A stretch of DNA of 64,000 nucleotides from Rubripirellula sp. (GTDB lineage Bacteria > Planctomycetota > Planctomycetia > Pirellulales > Pirellulaceae): assembly GCA_965222745.1 (NCBI GenBank), contig CBDCUW010000004.1:686041-750040 (forward strand), in the 5' to 3' direction. This document shows positions 38,626 to 49,452 of this stretch, one piece after another. The position numbers and the translations under genes were made by a program. Each line of letters begins with the position of its first letter. The first letter of the stretch is position 1. Under the pieces are notes generated by a model that had not been told where the DNA came from, did no database searches, and saw nothing but the letters and a program-made list of their open reading frames with translations.

Positions 38626-39489
38626 CTAGGTTTGCAGGGTCCGGAGGGCAATGTTTCCTTGGATTCGCTCCAGTCGCAAAACCAACTCTGCTGCGCTTGG
38701 ACGCATGGAAGGATCATCGTGCATGAGCTGGAGGATAACTTGCGACAGCGGCGCCGTGATGCGGCCCGCAAAGTCGGCCTGAGAGGGTTTCGAGTTTTTC
38801 TGGCGAATCGAGAGGACTTCAACAAGGTTCGGATGCGAGAACTCCGATGCCCGCTCCGCCGACGCAATGATCCGTTCTTTGGCCGATGCGATCGGCCCGT
38901 CGGGTTTGAGGCGGATAAGTCTTGCCGGTGTTCCAGAGTCACGGTGAGAGGCAATAAAAGCTTCCCAATTGCTCGAAGAATATATACGCTCTCCGAGCAG
39001 CCACTGTCCGACCGCTTTGAGTGTATCAAACTGATGGGGCGTACAACTGTCGCCGGTCGTTGCTGTTGATTGAGGTAGTGACACCGGGGATTGGGACTGA
39101 CACGTCCCCAGCACAGCGATCACCTCCTCGATACTGCCAGGGCGAGACTTAATCTCCCTCGCGATCATGCGCGTGATTACATGGCTCAGCGGTGATGGCA
39201 GGTCGCTGCGGAGATCGGAGATCGGGAGCCGGTCCATGGCGCAACACCAGCGCCGGATCTCCTGAGGTGTTGCGCGCCGAGGATACGGCGTCTCCCTTAG
39301 AATCATACAGGCGAGAGTCATTCCCATTGCGTACAGGTCGCTCGATGGTGAAAATCTTGGCGGGGTCTCGAACAACTCCGGTGCCATGAACGGAAGCGTA
39401 CCAGCGAAGTCGTGCTTGGCAACGTCATGCCAGGTCGTTGCGAGTCCGAGATCGGCCAGCTTGACGCGAGAGTCAGGAAATGTGTGATA
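38626..39489 (-). pseudogene. Truncated Ser/Thr protein kinase (C-lobe only: DLG...APE onward), N-lobe missing
   Basis: The open frame reads FPDSRVKLADLGLATTWHDVAKHDFAGTLPFMAPELFETPPRF..., i.e. the DFG-like and APE motifs. An in-frame TAA lies immediately upstream. No Gly-loop, VAIK or HRDLK catalytic loop is present. Confidence 0.6.
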
Positions 39490-40109
39490 TTATCTATCTT
39501 CATGGATTTGGCGTAAGTGATCCTTCGCGTTGCCATGTCGCGATAGCGTTGGAGGCTGCTATACGATCAACGCTTATTCATCGGCCACACTATCATCCGG
39601 AAGGCAGCGTCTTCGAGACACGACTTGCGCACACACTTAGCGAGTGCGAAGACATCATTGAACGATCGAACTCTAGCAGCGTTCATTTGGTTGGATATTC
39701 CTTTGGAGGATTACTCGCCGCGATTTTGGCCGAGCGTCCTATTGACAAGATCGGCAAGGTGTTGCTGCTCGCTCCAGCAATCGACAACTACGATCGAAAC
39801 TACGCACACAGCGAGCCGCGGCATTGGCGTATGCCAGTCGATTACGTCGAGGAGTTGCGGAGGTTTCCTGCTCGACCAAGCATAGTACGCCCGACAACGC
39901 TTGTTCATGGCATGCTTGACGGGGACAAAGGAGGATCACACCCTCGCCGCATCGAGGAATGGGGCAAGGTGGAGTCTTTTGCTGACATCTACTTGGTCGA
40001 CCGAACGGGCCACTCACTTGAACCGTGGCTGTCAGCCAACAACTGGATCAACGATAATGGGCAGCGTATTCCGACGTTTCGCCGTCTCATCGAGCAACTC
40101 TTGTCCTAA
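39480..40109 (+). CDS. Alpha/beta-hydrolase esterase, YqiA/UPF0227-like
   Basis: IIYLHGFGVS and the nucleophile elbow LVGYSFGG (GxSxG). 209 aa. It occupies the position where the kinase N-lobe would be. Confidence 0.55.
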   Translation: MCDIIYLHGFGVSDPSRCHVAIALEAAIRSTLIHRPHYHPEGSVFETRLAHTLSECEDIIERSNSSSVHLVGYSFGGLLAAILAERPIDKIGKVLLLAPAIDNYDRNYAHSEPRHWRMPVDYVEELRRFPARPSIVRPTTLVHGMLDGDKGGSHPRRIEEWGKVESFADIYLVDRTGHSLEPWLSANNWINDNGQRIPTFRRLIEQLLS

Positions 40110-40253
40110 GACTTGCAGGTGGCCAACAGACGCGTCGCATTCGGCAAAGCCTCATCAATGTGCCGTCTCAAGTTCGCAAGTCGATGGCGGCTGAAAGTGG
40201 CAATTCGCTCAATCTACTGTTTTCTTTCCTTCTCAGAACAGATGGTCCGTGGG

Positions 40254-40664
40254 TCAAAAAGGAGCTAGAGCGAGCTCTTGCGAACGGGCCGGGTCGTGTC
40301 CTTCCGATCCCGCGAGATTGATGAGTTCCACATGGCTCTTGATCCAGTGTAGTTTCCAATCACCTCGGCGGACGGCCCATTCGTTTTCCGGTCCCTTGCT
40401 CCAGAACAGCGTGTCGTGATGTCGTGTCGATTCGCCGGTCAACAACGGCAAGATACTTTTGCCCGCGAAGTCGTGCTTGGCCGGCATCGCATCCACGGCA
40501 TCCAGCGCGGTGGGGAGAATGTCGAATGAAATGACCGGGGTATCGAGCGTTCGGCCTCCCTTGAATTTGGCGGGCCACGACACGATGAATGGTGTCGGGA
40601 TTCCGGATGGACCAGCTAGTTTTTTCGGAGCCGCACGATCGGTCGTGGCTCCTTTGAGCTTTCA
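40254..40664 (-). pseudogene. Sulfatase C-terminal fragment (remnant)
   Basis: The frame reads ...GIPTPFIVSWPAKFKGGRTLDTPVISFDILPTALDA...HHDTLFWSKGPENEWAVRRGDWKLHW, which is the arylsulfatase C-terminal subdomain. An upstream in-frame stop falls after only ~135 codons, so the catalytic N-domain is absent. Confidence 0.5.
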
Positions 40665-41177
40665 GCGTTCTGCTGGCTGATTCAGATTGATCCATCCGAG
40701 GCGTTCGCGTGAGGGAATTTTGGTTCGCCAGGCCTTCAAGTCCTTCGCGAGATCGGCGACAACTTCCGGGTGGTCGTCATGGACGTTTTTGGCAAGCCGA
40801 CGGGGAAGGCACGCGTCGATTCTCGCATTCGTTGTCGGCTTGCGGAATCGGTCCGTATGCGGGCTTAGCGGCAATGAACAATTGTCCATCATTCGTCGTG
40901 AGACCACGCCAACAATCGCGCCCACCGCAGCGAGTGCCAAAAAGGATACTTGGTAGCGGGGTCATGAAGAAAATACTTCTCAACGGAGAAGCAACAGACC
41001 CCTTGGCATCATTCAAGTGGTGCGGGCAACGGTTTCTATCCTGCAAATACGGGATGCAACCCAGGAACCCAAGGGTTGTATATTAACCGTAAGTGCGCCG
41101 ATTGGGACGAGTTCAACCCACTGGTCGGTTCATGGTTGGGGTACCGCACCGAATTCATTCTCACATTGGGTAGTTCA

Positions 41178-42410
41178 ATGAAACTTTCTAAGGTCAGTCG
41201 TGGTTTCACTTTGGTGGAACTGCTGGTTGTCATTGCAATCATTGGTGTCCTCATAGGCCTGCTCTTGCCGGCTGTGCAGGCGGCAAGAGAAGCTGCTCGG
41301 CGAATGAGTTGCAGCAACAACTTCAAGCAAATTGGCTTGGCGATTCACAACTATCACTCGGCATACAAACAGCTTCCCAGGCATGGAGGGGGAACTCTGC
41401 CGCATGTGGGTGCGTTTGCGCCGGGACCTTGGTTTCGTCCTTCCGACTTCGGCACCCGTTTTCGATTGAGTGTTCTTGTTCCCCTGACGCCATTCATCGA
41501 GCAGCAGCCTCTGTGGGAACAGATCTCTGTCGAGAACCAGCAGCGGACCGATGGCGGGATCCAGAGTCCGCCATGGCCGCCAATGGGACCAACACCCGAT
41601 CGGATTCAGTACGTTCCTTGGGTCAATGAAGTCCCCACCTACCGTTGTCCGAGTGATCCAGGCGTTGGATTGCCGGCTTTGGGACGGACCAACTACGCGG
41701 CTTGTCTCGGCGATTCGATGTGGCTTCTTCATGTCGCTCCCTACAACAACAATCGCACGATGATCACGACGGGCCGCTCACGTCACGCTCGAGCTGCGCA
41801 TCGTGGATTCTTCAAGCCGCACCAGGACGCCAAGTTCCGCGATACACTCGACGGCTTGGCGAACACCATTGCGATGGGCGAGATCATGACTGCTCTTCAG
41901 GACGGTGACATCCGCGGCAACGGCGTCGCGAACAATGGTGGCAATTCGGGTCCATTCGGGTTTGCTGCGCTGCGGAACAACCCCTCGCTCTGTCAGGACA
42001 ACGGCTACATCGATCCGGAACGGCCCCGATTCTGGCTACCGCAATGGCGACAGCGGAACCGCATCAACTTTGGCCGAGGTCATCGCTGGGCAAGTAGCTA
42101 TCCGATCATGTCCGGAATCACCACCATCCTGCCCCCGAACCGGGAAGCGTGCGGTCGGTACAATGCGCTGGGGACAACCTTGGTTGCACCGCCGTCAAGT
42201 CGGCATCAAGGTGGTGCCCACATCTTGATGGGGGACGGAGCGGTCATCTTTATCACCGATTCCATCGAAGCGGGTAATTCTCGCGCGCCGATGGTCTGGC
42301 TAAATGGCACCGGTACCGCCACACCAGGCTCAGCAAGCCCCTATGGATTATGGGGTGCCCTGGGAACGCGGGCTAGCAGCGAAGTCATCGAAGAGGAGCT
42401 AAACCAATGA
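41178..42410 (+). CDS. DUF1559-domain protein with type IV pilin-like N-terminal methylation motif
   Basis: [53 protein letters not shown] is the canonical Planctomycete DUF1559 N-terminus. The C-terminus is H...G rich. Confidence 0.85.
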   Translation: MKLSKVSRGFTLVELLVVIAIIGVLIGLLLPAVQAAREAARRMSCSNNFKQIGLAIHNYHSAYKQLPRHGGGTLPHVGAFAPGPWFRPSDFGTRFRLSVLVPLTPFIEQQPLWEQISVENQQRTDGGIQSPPWPPMGPTPDRIQYVPWVNEVPTYRCPSDPGVGLPALGRTNYAACLGDSMWLLHVAPYNNNRTMITTGRSRHARAAHRGFFKPHQDAKFRDTLDGLANTIAMGEIMTALQDGDIRGNGVANNGGNSGPFGFAALRNNPSLCQDNGYIDPERPRFWLPQWRQRNRINFGRGHRWASSYPIMSGITTILPPNREACGRYNALGTTLVAPPSSRHQGGAHILMGDGAVIFITDSIEAGNSRAPMVWLNGTGTATPGSASPYGLWGALGTRASSEVIEEELNQ

Positions 42411-42598
42411 AGTGTTTGACGTTGATCGTTCTACTCTGCCTACTGACCACGGCTGGCTGCGGGGGGCCAAAAGAAAACCCGCTTGCGACCGACGGTGCCA
42501 CGGCCGAAGATTTCGCCAAGTACGAAGAAGAATTAGCCGCCGTATCAGGCGGCGAAAGCTATGAAGACGCCGAGGGTGGTGATGATGCTGCGGAGTAG
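42407..42598 (+). CDS. Small acidic lipoprotein (63 aa)
   Basis: Lipobox LLTTAGC follows a signal peptide. There is a 4-nt ATGA overlap with the DUF1559 stop, and an acidic tail. Confidence 0.45.
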   Translation: MKCLTLIVLLCLLTTAGCGGPKENPLATDGATAEDFAKYEEELAAVSGGESYEDAEGGDDAAE

Positions 42599-42650
42599 CT
42601 GTATCTGAGATTCTTACAGCTGTGTTGCCATTCGTCTGGATGCGTGCTGC

Positions 42651-45587
42651 ATGACAGTACGACGACAGTTTCTGAGCGTCTTTCTGGTTCTGGTTCTTTG
42701 TACGAGCTGTGACCGTGGCACGTCGGAAGTTGCTGTCGACGATCCAACCACAGGCCCGCAGATTTCGATCGAGGGCCTGGACGAAGCACGTCGATTGATC
42801 GCAACTGGTAAGTTCGATGCGGCTCGGGGTGTGCTCGAGCGATACCTGCAAGCACACCCCGACGATCCAGATGCTTTGGAAATGGCCGGTGACGGCGCGA
42901 TCCAGGCAAACGACTTGGCAAAAGCGATCGAGTATTTCGAAGCGGCGGTCAAGGCGACGAACGCTCCTGCCAAAGAATTGTGGTTCAAATGGGCGGGGGC
43001 AACGATCACCGCGGAACATCCGTTCGACACGATCGCCATCTTGCGAGACGCGGTCGAGGACTATCCCGATATTTTCGAGATACGGCAGAACTTGGCCACT
43101 CTCCTTGCACGAGTGGGACTGCAGAACGAGGCTGCCGAGCACCTTCAGTGGTTGGTACAACACAAGCATGGCAGTCAGAGTATCTTGCTCCAGTTGTGCG
43201 ATTTGACGTTTCCGCAAACGCACGATGCGACTTGCCGATCCGCACTCCGCCGCAATCCGGACGACCTTCGACCGGTTTTTTCTTTGGCCCAACTTGACGT
43301 TTCGGAGTCAAATTGGCAGGAAGTTGAAAAGGCGCTCGTGCCGGTCGTCAGGCAACACCCCGATTTCTTGCCTGCGCTGGCGCTGTATGGCCGGGCACTC
43401 GTGGAACTTGACAAGGTCGAAGCGGTTGAGAAATGGAGTCAATCGTTGCCACAGGGAATCGAGGCGTATTCACAGTACTGGATGGCAGCCGGAAATTGGG
43501 CGTACCGCCATGGATCGGTGGAGCAGGCCGCCCGCGCCTATTGGTCTGCCGTGCGATTGAACGAAAACGATCCCGAAGCGCTCAATCGGCTGTCGACCTC
43601 GCTGAGCCAATTGGGACGAACGGAGCAGGCGGAGCTTGCCGCTGGTCGCGCTGAGAAAATTGCTACGTTGCGGAGTCACGTTGCGACGTTGACGACGTGG
43701 GACTTTAGCTCTCAAAAGACGGTCGTGGATCTCGCGCTGACTCTGCAGAAACTCGGACGCCAGTGGGAGGCAACGAATTGGTTGATGATCGGGTATTCGA
43801 TGAAACAGCATCCCGATCCCAGGTTCGACCAGACCTTGCGTGCGATTCACAGTGACCTGACGGGCACCACGCCTTGGCAACTGCCAGAACAATTGGTTTC
43901 CACGAAGATCGATCTGTCCTCTTTTCCATTGATTGCTTGGCGTCAGTCTCCCCCAATAACTTCGCCGCCGATTCGCGATCGTTCCGGAGGAATCTTTCAG
44001 TTCCGTGACGAAGCGTCGGCGCGATCGCTCCTTCACGTTTGTGCCATCGGCAAGACTGACGATCAAGAATCGGGATTGATGATTTATCAATCGGGAGCAG
44101 GCGGCGCCGGAGTGATTGATTTTGATCTTGATGGCTGGCCCGATATCTATTTGACCGTGATGGATGGGACTCCGCGCCGGGAGGATTCTGGGCCCAATCG
44201 CCTGCATCGAAATTTAGCGGGCAAGTTTTTCGATGTCACTGACAATTCGTCGCTGATCGATCGCGGTTTTTCACAAGGTATCTCGGCCGGTGACTACAAC
44301 GCCGATGGTTGGCCAGACGTGTACGTCGCAAACATTGGCAAAAATCGTCTCTATCGAAACAATGGAGATGGGACGTTTAGCGATGTCACCCAGCAATGCA
44401 GACTCGATGGAACCGGATGGACCACTTCGGTCGCGATCGCGGACCTGAATGACGATGGACACGCCGACATCTACGAAGTCGGTTACTGCCGTGGCGAGAA
44501 ACCATTGACGCACAAGTGCAACCTGCCATCGATCCGTTCTTGCAATCCCATGGCCTTTGATGCCCAGCCGGACCGGATTTGGGCTGGCAATGGCGATGGA
44601 ACGTTTTCTGACCGGGCCCGCTGGCTAGGGCCGCACCAAGTGGGCCGTGGATTTGCCCTGGTGATCGGAGATTTGGATCGTCATTCCGGTTTGGAAACCT
44701 ATGTGGCCAACGACATGACGGCCAATCATTATTGGGCCAGACCAGCGGATGCGAGCGAGTTCGGACTTTCCGAGCAAGCTACCATTCGTGGATTGGCGTT
44801 CAACCGTCAATCCAACGCCCAAGCCTCGATGGGCATTGCCGCCGCTGACGCCGACAATGACGGTGACATCGATTTCCTGCTGACGCATTTTGTCGACGAA
44901 TACAATACCTACTACCAGCAATCCCGCGACGGGATTTGGTCCGATGAGTCACACGTCGCGGGCTTTGCGGACTCCTCCAAGCCAATGCTCGCTTATGGCA
45001 CTCAGTGGATCGACGTCGACAACGACGGCTCGTTGGAAGTGTTCATTGCCAACGGCGACATCGACGACTTTCAATCCCAAGGACGATCGTATCGGCAACC
45101 TGCACAACTTTTGAAACAGGTCACGCCTAGCCGATGGCAGGCGATGCGCGCCAATCAATTGGGCGACTATTTCGCCAAGGATCGACTGGCCCGCGCCGTC
45201 GCGACTCTGGACGCCAATCGAGACGGCCGATCCGATTTGATCGTCACCCATCTATTCGACCCCGTCGCCCTACTGATCAATCGATCCGAAACCTCTGGCA
45301 AGCAAACGCGATTCTTCTTGCGGGCCCGATCGACACATCGCGATGCAATCGGCGCACGCATCCGTTTCACCAGTGATAAGCAAATGTTCGAGCAACAATT
45401 GCTTGCCGGAAACGGATTCCATTGTGTCAACGAACCGTGCATCGTTTTCGGAGTGCCGGAAGCAGAGAACCTTGAAGAAGTCCAAGTGATTTGGCCCCGC
45501 GGTACCAACGAGTCGCTAGGCAACCTGGCAGCCGGCGGCGATTATCTCGTCATCGAAGGGCTGGGCGCCTCGGCACTGGGACCTTAA
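42651..45587 (+). CDS. TPR-repeat + FG-GAP/ASPIC-UnbV (CRTAC1-like) repeat protein, secreted
   Basis: Signal peptide, then a TPR region, then repeated DxDxDGxxD calcium-binding FG-GAP-like blocks (DFDLDGWPDIYL, GDYNADGWPDVYVAN, DLNDDGHADIY, DADNDGDIDFLL, DVDNDGSLEVFIANGD). An UnbV/ASPIC-like tail follows. Confidence 0.75.
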   Translation: MTVRRQFLSVFLVLVLCTSCDRGTSEVAVDDPTTGPQISIEGLDEARRLIATGKFDAARGVLERYLQAHPDDPDALEMAGDGAIQANDLAKAIEYFEAAVKATNAPAKELWFKWAGATITAEHPFDTIAILRDAVEDYPDIFEIRQNLATLLARVGLQNEAAEHLQWLVQHKHGSQSILLQLCDLTFPQTHDATCRSALRRNPDDLRPVFSLAQLDVSESNWQEVEKALVPVVRQHPDFLPALALYGRALVELDKVEAVEKWSQSLPQGIEAYSQYWMAAGNWAYRHGSVEQAARAYWSAVRLNENDPEALNRLSTSLSQLGRTEQAELAAGRAEKIATLRSHVATLTTWDFSSQKTVVDLALTLQKLGRQWEATNWLMIGYSMKQHPDPRFDQTLRAIHSDLTGTTPWQLPEQLVSTKIDLSSFPLIAWRQSPPITSPPIRDRSGGIFQFRDEASARSLLHVCAIGKTDDQESGLMIYQSGAGGAGVIDFDLDGWPDIYLTVMDGTPRREDSGPNRLHRNLAGKFFDVTDNSSLIDRGFSQGISAGDYNADGWPDVYVANIGKNRLYRNNGDGTFSDVTQQCRLDGTGWTTSVAIADLNDDGHADIYEVGYCRGEKPLTHKCNLPSIRSCNPMAFDAQPDRIWAGNGDGTFSDRARWLGPHQVGRGFALVIGDLDRHSGLETYVANDMTANHYWARPADASEFGLSEQATIRGLAFNRQSNAQASMGIAAADADNDGDIDFLLTHFVDEYNTYYQQSRDGIWSDESHVAGFADSSKPMLAYGTQWIDVDNDGSLEVFIANGDIDDFQSQGRSYRQPAQLLKQVTPSRWQAMRANQLGDYFAKDRLARAVATLDANRDGRSDLIVTHLFDPVALLINRSETSGKQTRFFLRARSTHRDAIGARIRFTSDKQMFEQQLLAGNGFHCVNEPCIVFGVPEAENLEEVQVIWPRGTNESLGNLAAGGDYLVIEGLGASALGP

Positions 45588-45588
45588 C

Positions 45589-45665
45589 CCGGATGATTCG
45601 CGTAGGCCGGACCGGCGTCGCAAAACCATGCCGTCATTGCGCCGAGCCGGTTTGCACTTTCGGTT
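45589..45665. repeat. Family B structured repeat, truncated copy 1 (CCGGATGATTCGCGTAGGCCGG...CCGGTTTGCA)
   Basis: ~75 bp share >85% identity with the 5' half of the ~155-bp elements at ~49279-49433 and ~59016-59167. It begins 1 nt after the stop of the upstream gene. Confidence 0.6.
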
Positions 45666-45822
45666 CAGAGGGTGATCCGACCGGCGCTCGAAGCCTGTGT
45701 ATAATTCAACGTGATCAAACACTCATCTGTGTCTAGCGCCGATTCGACTAGACACAACGTGTGGATCCCGGTGTCGGGTTTGGTGTTCTCGTGTCTACCG
45801 CAACTTCTGCAGCCTGGGCGAA

Positions 45823-46803
45823 TTGTTGGGAGCCTTAGAGGATTACGGCGTGCGGTTTCAATACTCGATTCGTTTCTTGCTCTTTGCCACAGCTATTCTT
45901 GGCGTGCTCGCTTTGGGGCTCGGGTGGTGGATGAATCAAATGACACTCGAGGACGTCGTGGCGGAACTGAATCGCGCGAACGCGAATCCCTACGTTTGGG
46001 ATCACTGGAACGCCGACGCGTTCCTTGAGGACCGGGTGGAAGTGGCCCATCTGACAGGGGCAATTCCCTGCGTCGGACTTCACTTTGACCAACTCAAGTC
46101 GCGAGAGACACTGATCGCCGCTTCTAGAGTGACCCAGGCGACAGAACTCGTCATCGGCAACATCGATTCGTCGCTTTCCGTAAACGGATGCGATTTCACG
46201 CACCTAACCGATTTGCACTTGGGCGGGGGGACTGTGAAACAGTTAACGGAATGGCTGGGGGTAACCGGGCGACTGGAGGATCTCAGTCTCGCACTGAAAG
46301 AAGAGATGGCGAAGCCGGATTACTCACGTATTGCCGCGATCAAGTCGTTGAAGGTGTTCCGATTGAGCAACGCCAAGGTTTCTCCAGGCGACCTGTCCGA
46401 TCTGCGGCGACTTCCACGGTTATCTCATATTTCGTTCTATTCGTGCGAAATCGAGGATGACGTGTTTGCCGAGCTGAAGTCGTTTCCTGCGCTGAGCAGC
46501 CTCGAACTCTACGGTAAGACCTGCGACGACCACACGGTGCGCCAGTTACGTGAACTGCGGAACATCGATTCGATCGACCTCTCGTCATCACGCGTGACCG
46601 ATCGTGGTGTGAGCATCCTCTCGGAAATGAATCACCTCAAAAGCCTGAGCCTATACGACTGCCAAGACATCACGCCAAGCTGCGTCGCCGACTTGTCGAA
46701 AATGGGATTCCTCGATTGGCTGAATGTCCTGAGGACAGCCGCTGAGAACGACGAAACTCTCAATCGGGATCTGCCCACGCAGCTGGCAGTGTGGATTGAG
46801 TAA
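45823..46803 (+). CDS. Leucine-rich-repeat (LRR) protein, hypothetical
   Basis: Repeating LxxLxLxxC/N units are present (LSLYDCQDITPS, LSSSRVTDRGVSILSEMNHLKSLSL). An N-terminal TM/signal is predicted. Confidence 0.4.
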   Translation: MLGALEDYGVRFQYSIRFLLFATAILGVLALGLGWWMNQMTLEDVVAELNRANANPYVWDHWNADAFLEDRVEVAHLTGAIPCVGLHFDQLKSRETLIAASRVTQATELVIGNIDSSLSVNGCDFTHLTDLHLGGGTVKQLTEWLGVTGRLEDLSLALKEEMAKPDYSRIAAIKSLKVFRLSNAKVSPGDLSDLRRLPRLSHISFYSCEIEDDVFAELKSFPALSSLELYGKTCDDHTVRQLRELRNIDSIDLSSSRVTDRGVSILSEMNHLKSLSLYDCQDITPSCVADLSKMGFLDWLNVLRTAAENDETLNRDLPTQLAVWIE

Positions 46804-46874
46804 TGATCACGGCATCAAGTCGAGGTGTCGCCACTAGGTCGATCCCCAGGCAAGTGGGAAACTGGTAAAGCGGG

Positions 46875-47693
46875 TCATTGATCCAGGCCGCCGTAGAATT
46901 GGGGGCAGCGGTCGTTGAAGCGGTCAATCACGTGGGCGCCGGCTTTGCGCTCGATTCGTTTGTTGCGGGCTTGTTGTGGGTCGGCTTCGGCATAAAGAAT
47001 CGTTTCTTCATCTCCCTGAGCCTTGGCCAATACAATTCCGTCGGGGCCGCAGATGGAACTGCAGCCGCAAAAGTCGAAACCGTTTTCACTGCCGATTCGG
47101 TTGGCGGCGACAAAGTACAGGTGATTCTCCATGCTGCGCGCCGGCGGCACGATGTCGGCCGTGTGAGCGGCGCCCACGGGCCAGTTAGTTCCCAGTGCGA
47201 TCACGTCGGCTCCCCGCAGCGCCAAAATTCGCATCGGTTCGGGGAACGAGCTGTCGTAGCAGATCCCCAGCCCTATTCTGGCCTCGCCCGCCGCTAGTAC
47301 TCCCAGTGGAATATCGCCCCGGTCGACAAAGCGGTCGATGCCCAGATGCGGCAGGTGGATTTTGCGGTAGTGTCCGACGACGCCTTGCGGACCGACCAGC
47401 GCCGCCGCGTTGAACAACCGCTCGCCATCGCGCTGAAGAAAACCCAGGGTGAGATGCAGGTCGTGAGAGGCGGCCAATTGGGTGATGTCCGCAAACAGCG
47501 GATCATCGAGCGATCGAGCGTGTGGCAGAGCCGACTCGCGGCTGTCGTAGGCATAGCCCGACAACATACATTCGGGAAAAACGACCAGGTCCGCACCGCG
47601 ACGGCCGGCCCGACCCACGGCGTCGGTGACCCGATCGAGATTCGCCTGCAGATCAGCAATCGTAATATCGGTCTGGACGCAAGCGATCAACAT
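46875..47693 (-). CDS. Carbon-nitrogen hydrolase (nitrilase superfamily)
   Basis: Catalytic triad context is present: VVFPECMLSGY (Glu), HYRKIHL (Lys) and GLGICYD (Cys). Confidence 0.8.
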   Translation of the reverse strand: MLIACVQTDITIADLQANLDRVTDAVGRAGRRGADLVVFPECMLSGYAYDSRESALPHARSLDDPLFADITQLAASHDLHLTLGFLQRDGERLFNAAALVGPQGVVGHYRKIHLPHLGIDRFVDRGDIPLGVLAAGEARIGLGICYDSSFPEPMRILALRGADVIALGTNWPVGAAHTADIVPPARSMENHLYFVAANRIGSENGFDFCGCSSICGPDGIVLAKAQGDEETILYAEADPQQARNKRIERKAGAHVIDRFNDRCPQFYGGLDQ

Positions 47694-47727
47694 CGTAACA
47701 TCATCCACGCGTTGTTATGGTTTCGGT

Positions 47728-47828
47728 GGGCTTTGCCCAAAAAAGGGGTCAGACCCTCTCCGGGCACAACATTCGTCAAAGAAAACCGCTGCCCTCCAAA
47801 GGGTCAGACCCCTTTTTTGGGCAAAGCC
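47728..47828. repeat. Palindromic ~100-bp intergenic repeat, family A copy 2 (reverse complement of copy 1)
   Basis: GGCTTTGCCCAAAAAAGGGGTCAGACCC ... GGGTCAGACCCCTTTTTTGGGCAAAGCC. Its central core is the reverse complement of the core at 2867-2973. It lies between the CN-hydrolase and sthA genes. Confidence 0.7.
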
Positions 47829-47866
47829 GTTTCGGTATTTCACAAAGGTCGCGCAAGGCATTCCAG

Positions 47867-49255
47867 ATGAACGATTCAAACTTCGATTACGACTTGCTTG
47901 TTATCGGCACGGGGCCCGGCGGGGAAGGGGCGGCGATGCAGGCGGCCAAGGGCGGATTGCGCGTCGCCGTGGCTGAAAGATACCAGCAGATCGGCGGCGG
48001 CTGTACCCACTGGGGAACAATTCCCAGCAAAGCGCTCCGCTTTGCGATCACCAGCACCATGACGGCGCTGAAAAATCCGACCTTCCGCGAGATCGGTATC
48101 AACGCCAGCCCCACACTGGCTCAGCTGCGGCGGGGAACGGCGGCCATCATCAGCCGGCAGGTCACGATGCGACGATCTTTTTATGACCGCAACGACGTGC
48201 CCGTTTTGCGGGGACACGCGGAGTTTGTCGACGAACATACAGTGACGGTCGACCGAAAAAAAGTCCGCGCCAAGGCGTTTGTGATCGCCACCGGCAGCCG
48301 GCCATATCGTCCTGACTATGTCGATTTCAACCACCGGCGGATCTACGACAGCGACACCATTTTGACGATGGAGGACAAGCCGTCGTCGATCTGCATCTAT
48401 GGCGCGGGAGTGATCGGAACCGAATATGCCTCGATGTTTCGAAATCTTGAAATCAAAGTCAACCTGATCAACACTCGCGATGCGCTGCTGGAATTTCTGG
48501 ACGACGAAATCACCGACGCTCTTTCCTATCACCTTCGTGACCAGGGCGTGATCATTCGGCACAACGAAAGTGTAAAGAGCGTCGACGGCATCGACGACGG
48601 CGTGATCCTGGACTTGAAGAGTGGAAAACGAGTCAAAGCGGAAGCGTTTCTATGGGCCAACGGGCGATCGGGAAACACCGATGACCTGGGGCTGGAAAAC
48701 ATTGGCTTGGAACCGAACAACCGAGGCCAGCTGGTTGTCGACGATCAGTTTCAAACATCGCTCGAACACATCTATGCGGTCGGTGACGTGATCGGATTTC
48801 CGTCACTTGCCAGCGCCGCGTACACCCAGGGGCGCGCCGCCGGCATGCATCTGCTGGGCAAGAAAGACGGCAACTTGCGGATTCACGACATTCCCACGGG
48901 GATTTATACCAGCCCCGAAATCAGTTCGGTGGGCAAAACCGAACGAGAACTCACCGCCGACCAACAAGCCTACGAGGTCGGCCACAGCCTGTTCCGCAGC
49001 CTGGCTCGCGCCCAGATCACCGGACAAACGACCGGCATGCTCAAGATCCTGTTCGACCGCAACACGCTTGAAATCCTTGGCATCCATTGTTTCGGCGCCA
49101 ACGCGTCGGAGATCGTCCATATCGGCCAAGCGATCATGAACCAGCCGGCGCCACACAACACGCTGAACTATTTCGTCGAAACAACGTTCAACTACCCGAC
49201 CATGGCCGAAGCGTACCGCGTCGCGGCACTCAACGGCCTGAACCGGTTGTTCTGA
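47867..49255 (+). CDS. sthA: Soluble pyridine nucleotide transhydrogenase (Si-specific NAD(P)+ transhydrogenase)
   Basis: [60 protein letters not shown] is nearly collinear with E. coli SthA. The product is 463 aa. The longer 47717 start is rejected because it reads through repeat A2. Confidence 0.9.
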   Translation: MNDSNFDYDLLVIGTGPGGEGAAMQAAKGGLRVAVAERYQQIGGGCTHWGTIPSKALRFAITSTMTALKNPTFREIGINASPTLAQLRRGTAAIISRQVTMRRSFYDRNDVPVLRGHAEFVDEHTVTVDRKKVRAKAFVIATGSRPYRPDYVDFNHRRIYDSDTILTMEDKPSSICIYGAGVIGTEYASMFRNLEIKVNLINTRDALLEFLDDEITDALSYHLRDQGVIIRHNESVKSVDGIDDGVILDLKSGKRVKAEAFLWANGRSGNTDDLGLENIGLEPNNRGQLVVDDQFQTSLEHIYAVGDVIGFPSLASAAYTQGRAAGMHLLGKKDGNLRIHDIPTGIYTSPEISSVGKTERELTADQQAYEVGHSLFRSLARAQITGQTTGMLKILFDRNTLEILGIHCFGANASEIVHIGQAIMNQPAPHNTLNYFVETTFNYPTMAEAYRVAALNGLNRLF

Positions 49256-49278
49256 GTGGTGAAAAGACCCGTCGCCTA

Positions 49279-49433
49279 AACCGGATGATTCGCGTAGGCC
49301 GGGCCGAGGTCGCAAAACCATGCCGTAACTGCGCAAACCGGTTTGTATTTGCGCATAGCATGCGCGACGAGAAAACTTCCCACAGGCGACCGAAGTTCCG
49401 GCACTGTAAAGGTTTGCTTGTTACGGCCTACGA
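49279..49433. repeat. Family B ~155-bp structured intergenic repeat, copy 2
   Basis: CCGGATGATTCGCGTAGGCCGGGCCGAGGTCGCAAAACCATGCCGTAACTGCGCAAACCGGTTTG...GGTTTGCTTGTTACGGCCTACG. The termini CGTAGGCCG/CGGCCTACG and the internal GCCGTAAC/GTTACGGC are inverted repeats. Copy 3 at ~59016-59167 is ~92% identical. Confidence 0.7.
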
Positions 49434-49452
49434 TGGTCATGAATAATCCAGG

